Of a stretch of 64,000 nt of DNA, positions 28,515 to 36,445 are shown piece by piece. Both the position numbers and the translations under genes were made by a program. The stretch is from NCBI GenBank assembly GCA_963749495.1, contig CAVVMW010000007.1, forward strand, positions 96,001 through 160,000. Reading direction: 5' to 3'. The DNA is from an uncultured bacterium. Lineage in GTDB: Bacteria; Verrucomicrobiota; Verrucomicrobiia; Limisphaerales; UBA8199. The notes under the pieces were generated by a model. That model did no database searches. It was not told the DNA's origin and saw only the letters and a program-made list of their open reading frames with translations. The first letter of the stretch is position 1. Each line of letters begins with the position of its first letter.

Positions 28515-29654
28515 TCACGGGCGGCCACGCTCGCGGGCAGACCTCTCCAGGGCGGTGCGGATGGTGGCGGCGGTGTGGTCCCAGGAGCAGTGGCGCATCC
28601 GCTCGCGCCCGCGGCGGGCGTAGGCCTCTCGGGTCGGCCCATCCATGAGCGAGTTGAGGGCCTGGGCGATTTCCGAGGCGTCCCTCGGGTCGCGCAGCAG
28701 CAGGGCTTCGCCCTGGGCGGCCAACTCGGCGGCGCCGGTGAAACGGCCGCAGCTTATGACGGCGGCGCACCCATGGGCCATCGCTTCGAGCGGCGCCAGG
28801 GGCGAAGGGTCGGAGAGGGTCGGCAGGACGAAAATGTCCGCCAGGGCGTAATAGTCCTTCACGTTGTTGACGCACCCGGCCCAGGTAATGCGCCCGGTCA
28901 GGCGCAGTTGGGCGGCGCGTCTCTCGTAAGCGGCATGGTCCTGTCCGCCGACGACCACCAGCCTGGGGCCGCGCTCGCCCAATTGGCCCAGGCCCTCGAG
29001 CAGCGCGTCCAGGCCCTTCCTGCGAAACTCCGAGGCCACGAACAGGGCCACCACCTCGCCGTCCTTGAAGCCCAGCCTGGCCCGCCACTGGGCACGCCTT
29101 TGGGCAACGTCCGGCGCCGGGGCGTCCACCCCGGAGTGGGCGATGAAGAAGCGGTCGTCGGGAATCGGGTAGTAGCGTTGGACCTCCAGCTTCACCATCT
29201 GGGAATCGGCCACCCAGAACCGGCCCGGGGCCAGGCGCGTGTTACACCGCTCCAGCAGCCAGTGGCCCCAGATGCTCGGCCCGGTCAGGATCTTGAGCCA
29301 GGTGCGCCAGGCCCGCCTGCGTTGCCCGCGCTCGGCCCCCCAAAGCCCGCCCACGAATGTGCCGCAGTGGACGTTCATGACATCGAACCGGGCGACTCGC
29401 TCGTGCGAATAGACCACGTCGAACCCGCGCGCCAGCCGGCCCGCGCGCCAACTGAACCACCAGGCATTGAGGAAGTTGGGCTTGCGCACCGGCCTGGAGA
29501 CCCGGTGCAGGGCCATCCCCGCAGGCTCGTGGTCCCATTGCTGCGTGAAGAGGTGCACCTCGTGCGCCAGGGCCAGCCGCCGCGCCACTTCCACCGCATA
29601 ACGCTCCGCCCCGCCCGTGGTGATGTAGCGCCGAACCAGGATGGCGACTCTCAT
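28515..29654 (-). CDS. Glycosyltransferase family 4 (RfaB/WaaG-like)
   Basis: GGAERY, RKGLD, ADIFVLPT, PLEAMAHG. Confidence 0.9.
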   Translation of the reverse strand: MRVAILVRRYITTGGAERYAVEVARRLALAHEVHLFTQQWDHEPAGMALHRVSRPVRKPNFLNAWWFSWRAGRLARGFDVVYSHERVARFDVMNVHCGTFVGGLWGAERGQRRRAWRTWLKILTGPSIWGHWLLERCNTRLAPGRFWVADSQMVKLEVQRYYPIPDDRFFIAHSGVDAPAPDVAQRRAQWRARLGFKDGEVVALFVASEFRRKGLDALLEGLGQLGERGPRLVVVGGQDHAAYERRAAQLRLTGRITWAGCVNNVKDYYALADIFVLPTLSDPSPLAPLEAMAHGCAAVISCGRFTGAAELAAQGEALLLRDPRDASEIAQALNSLMDGPTREAYARRGRERMRHCSWDHTAATIRTALERSARERGRP

Positions 29655-29859
29655 GGTGAGCAGCATAGGAAGGGGCGGACAAACCGGACAAGTGAAATGA
29701 GGCCGGAAGAAGGCAGAATCATGGGGAGCTGCCCCAGAGGCCCCTCCCCCAGGATTTTGCCAATAATGATTTTGTGTCTTTCCGGAGAATCATGGTCCTG
29801 CCTGGAGCCGAATCTGCTCGCCTTGCGGGCGGGGGGCCGGACATACTGTGGGACGCACA

Positions 29860-31701
29860 ATGCGATTGTTTTTCAGGAGAATCTGGGAGTTCGTGCGCCC
29901 CTACCGAGGCCGGCTGCTTCTCGGGCTGGTGTGCGGGGTGGTGAGCGCGCTGGCCACCACGGCGCTCATCCCGGTGATCAGCCTGGTGGTCAGCCTGGAG
30001 TTCGGGCAGGGCAAGGCGGTCTCGGTGGCGGAGTTCCTGCGCGGGCACGCGCCAGAGTGGGCGAAGGGGTGGGTCCAGGGCCTGGCGGGCTTGCTTCCGG
30101 GCCTGGGGAAGCCCAACTCCAACCTGGGCCACGTGCTGATGATTGCGACAATCCCCGCGGTGATGCTGGTGAGGAACCTCTTCGCCTATTTGAACCTCTA
30201 TTGCATGCACTGGGCGGCGGTGCGGGCGGTAGCGGACTTGCGGACGCGGCTCTTCGATCACCTGCAAAACCTCTCGCAGGACTTCTTCAGCGGCGCCCGC
30301 ACGGGCGATTTGATTTCGCGGATCACCAGTGACACGCAGACGCTCTATGGGGTCGTCAGCAGTTCGCTGGGCTCGATGGTGACGGCCCCGGTGACGGTGG
30401 TGACCCTGCTGGCGGTGTTGCTCTACCCCGCTAACCAGCGGGGGTTGGCCCTGGCCTCGATCGTGGTGCTGCCAATTTGCCTGGTGCCGATTACAATCTA
30501 CGGCCGAAAGGCCCGGAAATCCGCGCGGTTGATGCAGGGCCACGTCTCGGAGCTGACCAGCGTCATGCACGAATCGTTTACGGGCAACCGGATTATCAAG
30601 GCCTATAACCTCGAAGGGACCGTCCTCAAGCAGTTCCGGGAGGCCACCCGGAAATACATCGGCCACATGATGCGCCTGGTCCGGGCCAACGAGATTCCGG
30701 GCCAATTCACCGAGTTCCTGGGCGCCGTCGGCGTGGCCTTGGTCTTGCTCTATTCCCTAAAGATGCGCGAGGGGAGCCTGAACTCGGATGACCTGGCCCG
30801 GTTCGTGCGTTTCATCGTGGCTATCGTGCTGATGTACGCGCCGATCAAGGCCATGGCAAAGCTGCACAACCAACTGCACCAGGCGGCGGCGGCCAGCCAG
30901 AACGTCTTCGAGTTGCTCCAACGGACCAGCACGGTGCTCGATCCGCCGGCACCCGTCCCGCTCAAGGCACGGGGCGCGGACATCCGGTTCGAGAACGTTG
31001 ATTTTGCCTACGGGGACAAGCCCGTCCTGCGCGCCATCAACCTGACGGTCGAGGCCGGGCAAGTGGTGGCGCTGGTGGGCAGCAGCGGTTCGGGCAAGAC
31101 CACGCTCACCAATTTGCTGCTGCGCTTCTATGACCCCAAATCCGGGTCCGTGCGCATCGGCGGCACCGACTTGCGCCAGGTCGCGGTCAAGGACCTGCGC
31201 CGCCAGGTCGCCCTGGTCGCCCAGGAAACGATCCTCTTCAACGACACCATCCGCAACAACATCGCCCTGGGCCGGCCCGGGGCCTCGGACGCCGAGATCG
31301 AAGCGGCCGCCCGGCATGCCTATGCCCACGAATTCATCCTCGAGAAACCGGGCGGCTACGAAGCCCTGGCGGGGGAGAAAGGCGCCACCCTCTCCGGCGG
31401 CCAGCGCCAGCGCATTGCAATTGCCCGCGCCCTGCTCAAGGACGCCCCCATCCTGATCCTGGACGAGGCGATGAGCCAGCTCGACTCGGAATCCGAACGC
31501 GCCGTGCAGGCCGCCCTGGAGCAACTCATGCAGGGCCGCACCACCATTTGCATCGCTCACCGCCTCTCGACCATCCAAGGCGCCGACCTCATCGTGGTGC
31601 TGGACAATGGTCGAATCGTGGAGAGAGGCACCCACGCGGAGTTGCTCCAGGCGCGCGGATGCTACCGCCGCCTCTATGAGTTGCAATTCGAGACGGCGTA
31701 G
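29860..31701 (+). CDS. MsbA-like ABC exporter (fused TMD + NBD)
   Basis: Six-TM domain, GSSGSGKT, LSGGQRQRIAIARA, ILDEA, IAHRLST. Neighbours are LPS-type glycosyltransferases. Confidence 0.9.
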   Translation: MRLFFRRIWEFVRPYRGRLLLGLVCGVVSALATTALIPVISLVVSLEFGQGKAVSVAEFLRGHAPEWAKGWVQGLAGLLPGLGKPNSNLGHVLMIATIPAVMLVRNLFAYLNLYCMHWAAVRAVADLRTRLFDHLQNLSQDFFSGARTGDLISRITSDTQTLYGVVSSSLGSMVTAPVTVVTLLAVLLYPANQRGLALASIVVLPICLVPITIYGRKARKSARLMQGHVSELTSVMHESFTGNRIIKAYNLEGTVLKQFREATRKYIGHMMRLVRANEIPGQFTEFLGAVGVALVLLYSLKMREGSLNSDDLARFVRFIVAIVLMYAPIKAMAKLHNQLHQAAAASQNVFELLQRTSTVLDPPAPVPLKARGADIRFENVDFAYGDKPVLRAINLTVEAGQVVALVGSSGSGKTTLTNLLLRFYDPKSGSVRIGGTDLRQVAVKDLRRQVALVAQETILFNDTIRNNIALGRPGASDAEIEAAARHAYAHEFILEKPGGYEALAGEKGATLSGGQRQRIAIARALLKDAPILILDEAMSQLDSESERAVQAALEQLMQGRTTICIAHRLSTIQGADLIVVLDNGRIVERGTHAELLQARGCYRRLYELQFETA

Positions 31702-32073
31702 GTGGCCGTTTCATAAACACACACAGATCGCCTTTCTCAGTTTGCCGGGAGCGGCTTGCCGTGACAGAGCGGGATCGAACCAGCGTTGCAGGCATGCTGG
31801 AGACGCCAACGGCGTCACTCATACCAGCCCAGGGCAACGCCCTGGGTTTACAGACCAAAAACCATTCCGAGCGCTGAAAGCGCGATTCAAGGTTGGACTA
31901 TGAGGCAGGCCGTTGGCCTGCGATCGAATCAAACGGCACGACGAACCCAGGGCGTTGCCCTGGGCTGGTATGAATCAGGCCGTTGGCCTGGAAAGGCCCG
32001 GAACCGACGAGCGATTGACCAGGGCCTCGGCCTCCTGAAAAGTCGTGACTGCGCTTGTGAAACGGCCCACCTA
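31699..32073. mobile_element. MITE with a TA duplication carrying a REP-like doublet
   Basis: TA|ggtggccgtttcataaac (31699-31718) versus reverse-complement TA|ggtgggccgtttcacaagc (32053-32073). Inside is the inverted pair ccagcccagggcaacgccctgggtt / aacccagggcgttgccctgggctgg. Confidence 0.75.
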
Positions 32074-33735
32074 CTCGCTGCGCCTGGGGGCGTTGACCGC
32101 CGGCTGGGCGGTCGAGGTCTGGCCGTTGCCCTCGCCATTGCCGTTGCCACCGGAAGGGTCCGCCAGGACAAGGGCGGGCACAGGCCCGGGGACCGCCACA
32201 CCCTGGAGGGCGGAGGCGGCCCTCTGGGAACCGAAGCAGACAGGGACGCCCTTGCCATTCCTCCATCGCTGGACGGCCTTGAGCCAGCCTTCGGCCAGCA
32301 ATTCGCTCACCACCTCGAACATCTTGGCATCCCCCACACAGGGGCATAACGACCCCCGCTCGCAAGCCGGCGCCGCCCGGGTCTGGCCGCAGCCCGCATC
32401 CCTACCCTCGCAGGCCGGGGCCCTGAGTTCCAGGACCCCGGACTCGCCGCCATCAATCTCCTGCTGGACCGAACGCATCGCGCCGCCGGTCTCCGGCCTC
32501 GCCCAGACACGCTGGCCGTCGGCCAAGGTGAGCTTCACGGATGCAAACCCGAGTTTGCGCGCCGCAAAGGCCAGGCCCTCCCAAAGCTCTTCGACGGTCG
32601 CCTGCCGGCCGCCCTCCAGCTCAAGCCATCGGGTCAGGCTCAGGGCATATTGAATCTCGCGCCGGAGTTCGAGCGAGTGGCCCAGGACCCGGCCGACATC
32701 GAACCATTCGCGGCTGAAGCTGAGGTTCCCGGCACAGATCACCAGGACCAGCGCGCCAAAGCCAACCAATCCCGGCAACCATTGGCCGCGCGACCAGACC
32801 GCGGCCGCACCGAGCATGAAAAAGACCAGCGTCACCGCATAAAAGCTCAGGACCACCCTGCGGCGCGAATAGCCGATACGCTGCAGTTGGTGATGGAGGT
32901 GGCGCCGGTCGGGCCGGAAGATCGGCAAGCCCCACAATCCGCGCCGCGCGATCGCCACGCTGGTGTCCAGGATGGGCAGCGCCAGGGCCAGCATCGGGGC
33001 AGCCAGGGCCGCAAAGACCTCGCCTTTGTGCGAGTTGACCAGTGAGAACAGTCCTATTTGGAAGCCCAGGAAATAGGCCCCCCCGTCGCCCAGGTAAATC
33101 CGGGCCGGTGGGAAATTGAACCACAGAAAGCCAACCAGGGCGCCCGCCATCCCTGCGGTGAGCCGCTCGAAACTCCCGACCTCGTGCCCGACATAGGCCA
33201 GCAACACCATGAGCATCAGGCAAATCCCTGCCGCCACCCCATCGGCCCCGTCAATCAGGTTGATGAGATTGGTCATGCCCACCAGCCAAAAGACGGTCAC
33301 CACGGCTCCCCAGCCGTGCAGGTCAATCGCAGCCCCGGCAAACGGGATCTTCACCATCTGTATCCCCAGGCCGAAGCAATAAACCATCAGCGCGATGAGC
33401 ACCTGGCCCAGGAGCTTCTTCCGGGCCCCCAACGCCCGGAAGTCGTCCCACAATCCCAGCCCGAACATCGCCAGGCAACTGACGAGGATCACACCCCGGT
33501 GCGGCGTGGCCTCGCGGCTCTCGGCCTCGACCAGCGTGATGAACGCCTCGATGGCCAGGAACGCTGCCGCCAGCGCCATCCCGCCAAGCCGCGGGACCGG
33601 CCGCCGGTGAGCATGGTGCAGCTCGACAGATCGGCCCGAGGCCTCCGCCCGGCCCCACCGCCTCACTATCAGCGGGACCACCAACAACACGACGCCGAAC
33701 CCGATCAGCCCGGCTATGAAAGGAAGCATCATCAT
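32071..33735 (-). CDS. MraY/WecA/TagO-family undecaprenyl-phosphate sugar-1-phosphate transferase with a C-terminal extension
   Basis: PRLGG, GLWDD, NLINLIDGADG, FNFPPARIYLGDGG, DRRHLHH. Confidence 0.9.
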   Translation of the reverse strand: MMMLPFIAGLIGFGVVLLVVPLIVRRWGRAEASGRSVELHHAHRRPVPRLGGMALAAAFLAIEAFITLVEAESREATPHRGVILVSCLAMFGLGLWDDFRALGARKKLLGQVLIALMVYCFGLGIQMVKIPFAGAAIDLHGWGAVVTVFWLVGMTNLINLIDGADGVAAGICLMLMVLLAYVGHEVGSFERLTAGMAGALVGFLWFNFPPARIYLGDGGAYFLGFQIGLFSLVNSHKGEVFAALAAPMLALALPILDTSVAIARRGLWGLPIFRPDRRHLHHQLQRIGYSRRRVVLSFYAVTLVFFMLGAAAVWSRGQWLPGLVGFGALVLVICAGNLSFSREWFDVGRVLGHSLELRREIQYALSLTRWLELEGGRQATVEELWEGLAFAARKLGFASVKLTLADGQRVWARPETGGAMRSVQQEIDGGESGVLELRAPACEGRDAGCGQTRAAPACERGSLCPCVGDAKMFEVVSELLAEGWLKAVQRWRNGKGVPVCFGSQRAASALQGVAVPGPVPALVLADPSGGNGNGEGNGQTSTAQPAVNAPRRSE

Positions 33736-33967
33736 GCGCCCATCATCCGGTCTGCGGATCCCTGCCTGCCCGGCCCGCGGTTCGCATATTGCTCAAAGCC
33801 ATTGCTCTGACAGATCTGGTTCGCCTTCGAAACACGTCCGTGCATCCCAGGCTCAAGGTAGTATGGGAGCAGAGCGGGCGCAAGAATGCAAGATTTTACG
33901 AGATCTTTCGGGCGCATCTCGGCTTTGTCGGCCTCGCGCCAGCCAGGCAATTGGAGCGTGGCGTCGG

Positions 33968-34068
33968 GAAGCCCGCAAGGTTTTGGACTGCGCCAGTCCT
34001 CTGGCCCTTTCGCCTCCCCAGGGTCCGAAAAGCGGCAGAGGACTGCCGCAGTCCAAAACGCTTCGCGA
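33968..34068. repeat. REP-like compound palindrome (GTTTTGGACTGCG family)
   Basis: Copy of 5291-5396 and 14647-14746. Confidence 0.88.
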
Positions 34069-34111
34069 CTTCGGACGCGCACTCCAATCGCCCGCCTCGC
34101 CCCTGGTCCCT

Positions 34112-34852
34112 TCAGTCCCCCCGCAGGGCCCGGACAAGGCCCTGGACGGCCTCGGCGTCGGTGGTTTTCCAACTGAACTCGGGCGGGCGGAGCGCGCCGC
34201 CCATGAAGACGCGAGGGTTGCGGTGTTTCATGGCGCTGTCGACGGAGCGGCGGGCGCTCAGATGGACCTCGGTGACGCCGGTGGCAGCAACGATACGCCG
34301 GGCATTGGCGAGGGTGACACCCCCGCCGGGCATGATGAGGATACGGCCAGCCGCCTGCTTGTGGAGCGCGGCGATGAGATCAAGCCCCTCCAGGCAGGTG
34401 GCCTCCTGGCCGGACGTCAGGACGCGCTCAACGCCCAGGGCGATGAGGTCTTCCAGTCCTTGGCGGGGGTCGCGGCACATATCGAAGGCGCGGTGGAAAG
34501 TGACGTTGAGCGGGCGAGCCAGGTTGATCAACTCGGCGGCGCGCGCTTGATCGATCTCCCCCTCGGCCGTCAGGCAGCCGATGACCACGCCGTTGGCGCC
34601 GAGTTCCCGGGCGGCCCGGATGTCCTGCCGCATGACCTCCATCTCCTCGTGGGTGTAGAGGAAGTCGCCGCCCCGGGGCCGGATAATGACCTGGAGGCCA
34701 ATCCTGAGGCCGTGCCGGGCCACCTGGATGCAGCCGGCGCTGGGGGTGGTGCCGCCCTCCAGCAGGTTGGCGCACAGTTCCACCCGGTCAGCCCCGCCCC
34801 GCTGGGCTGCGAAGGCCCCTGCCGCCGAATCAACGCAAATCTCAACGCGCAT
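34112..34852 (-). CDS. cutC: Copper homeostasis protein CutC
   Basis: EICVDS, GADRVELC, GGTTPS, IRPRGGDF, TFHRAFD, VLTSG. Confidence 0.95.
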   Translation of the reverse strand: MRVEICVDSAAGAFAAQRGGADRVELCANLLEGGTTPSAGCIQVARHGLRIGLQVIIRPRGGDFLYTHEEMEVMRQDIRAARELGANGVVIGCLTAEGEIDQARAAELINLARPLNVTFHRAFDMCRDPRQGLEDLIALGVERVLTSGQEATCLEGLDLIAALHKQAAGRILIMPGGGVTLANARRIVAATGVTEVHLSARRSVDSAMKHRNPRVFMGGALRPPEFSWKTTDAEAVQGLVRALRGD

Positions 34853-34861
34853 GGCGCCGGC

Positions 34862-35665
34862 TCACTCGACCGCCTCGACCCGGTAGCCGCCGGATTTCTC
34901 GTCGGCCTCCAGCTTGAGCAGGCCGCGTTTCTGCGCATCCAGCAGCAAGTCGTTGAAGGAGCGGAAGCCGTAGGCGCGCTCGTTGAAGCCGGGGTTGCGG
35001 CGCTTGATGGCCTGCTTGACCATGGAGCCCCAGATCGGCTCGTCGGCCTCGCGCTCCTGGCTGATGGTCTCGATGGTTTCCACGATGAGGTCCAGCGCCT
35101 TTTCGAGCGAGGGCCCCTTCTGATCGACCGCCGCGGGCCTGGGGGCCACGTCGGCCACCGAGACGCGGCGCCGCGCCCGGCTCGATTCGGCGCGGACCAG
35201 GTCGTCGTAATAGATGAACTCGTCGCAGTTGCTGATGAACAGGTTGGAAGTCGAGTTCTTGACGCCCACGCCCAGGACCGTCTTGGCGTTTTCACGCAGC
35301 TTGCTCACCAGCGGGGAGAAGTCCGAATCGCCGCTGATGATCACGAAGGTGTTGACGTGGCTCTTGGTGTAGCAGAGGTCGAGGGCATCGACCACCATGC
35401 GGATGTCGGCCGAGTTCTTGCCGGACTGGCGGACGTGCGGGATTTCGATGAGCTCGAAGGCGGCCTCGTGCAGGTCGCGTTTGAAGGACTTGTAGCGGTC
35501 AAAGTCACAGTAGGCCTTCTTGACGACGATGTGCCCGCGGATGAGCAATCGCTCCAGCACCTTCTGGATGCTGAATAAAGGGAACTTGGCGTCCTGGGCC
35601 CCGAGCGCGATGTTCTCCAGGTCGAGAAACACCGCCATGGTCGAATTGGAATCCGCAGCGTTCAT
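34862..35665 (-). CDS. NYN (LabA/DUF88, PIN-like) ribonuclease domain with a C-terminal OST-HTH/LOTUS domain
   Basis: VFLDLEN, GKNSADIRMVVD, ISGDSDFSPL, CDEFIYY; C-terminal PGFNERAYGFRSFNDLL. ATG at 35665. Confidence 0.93.
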   Translation of the reverse strand: MNAADSNSTMAVFLDLENIALGAQDAKFPLFSIQKVLERLLIRGHIVVKKAYCDFDRYKSFKRDLHEAAFELIEIPHVRQSGKNSADIRMVVDALDLCYTKSHVNTFVIISGDSDFSPLVSKLRENAKTVLGVGVKNSTSNLFISNCDEFIYYDDLVRAESSRARRRVSVADVAPRPAAVDQKGPSLEKALDLIVETIETISQEREADEPIWGSMVKQAIKRRNPGFNERAYGFRSFNDLLLDAQKRGLLKLEADEKSGGYRVEAVE

Positions 35666-35677
35666 GGTGCCTTGAAA

Positions 35678-35752
35678 TGGTGCGCGCTGCAGGACTTGAA
35701 CCTGCGGCCCCTTCCGTGTGAAGGAAGTGCTCTTCCACTGAGCTAAGCGCGC
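35678..35752 (-). tRNA. tRNA-Val (anticodon CAC)
   Basis: GCGCGCTTAGCTCAGTGGAAGAGCACTTCCTTCACACGGAAGGGGCCGCAGGTTCAAGTCCTGCAGCGCGCACCA folds as a cloverleaf with a TTCAAG T-loop and an encoded CCA. Confidence 0.97.
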
Positions 35753-36142
35753 TAAACACCAGCAATCTACCGATTCCGCCCGCGGCCTGCAAGGGCAAAT
35801 CCTGAATGGGTTTCGCCTGAAGAATCGCAACAAACCCCAATATAATGGCCCTATTCCACGGAATGCCAGGCTGCGGGTGGTTGCACGGAGTTCGCTCGCA
35901 AATCGCCTCCTTCAGGAATGTCGCGGATTAGTTGATCGGTAGCGATTTCCTCACCGTTTTCCCGGAGCCAGGCGCCTGACGGCGTGCCATTGACCCCTTC
36001 CTCGCAAAGGAAGGGGGGTGGGGTCAACGGTCTTACCTGCGCGACTCGGAGCGGCGTCGGTTTTCCGCTCCGTCCGGCGGCCCGAATGGCGCGGAGTGCT
36101 TACGCACACGTGGTTGGCGCCGGTTTCCAGCTTTCAGAAAGG

Positions 36143-36202
36143 GAGTCTTCCCCGTCCCATGTGCTCTCGGGCACAGGCTTCGATGTCCTTTTCACCAGAT
36201 AG
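36143..36202 (-). pseudogene. Possible C-terminal remnant of a second, diverged RecB-IS66 fusion gene
   Basis: Reads LSGEKDIEACAREHMGRGR versus RSGEKDIRVFAENRRGRR at the end of the adjacent gene. Confidence 0.45.
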
Positions 36203-36445
36203 CCTCGAACGCCTAACCGGTTACCACCGCCGCCTCTGCAAGGCCATAATCGCCAACGTCCGGTGCCGGGACCTTGGTCGCCCGCAAGACCAGGTGCCGC
36301 CGGGTTCCAAGCGAGCCATCCTCGAGAATCACGCAGATCTTCTCATCCTCCAGCCATTGGGTGCGGAAGCCGCAGGTTGCGGGAATCACACCGGAGCCTG
36401 CGATCCGTCGAAGATCGCCCTGCTCCCCCCGAGGCCGCTTCTAGC

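Noticed and set aside
34862..35833. 323-aa version of the NYN protein
   Set aside because: The extension runs through the tRNA gene. The ATG at 35665 gives a normal NYN N-terminus.
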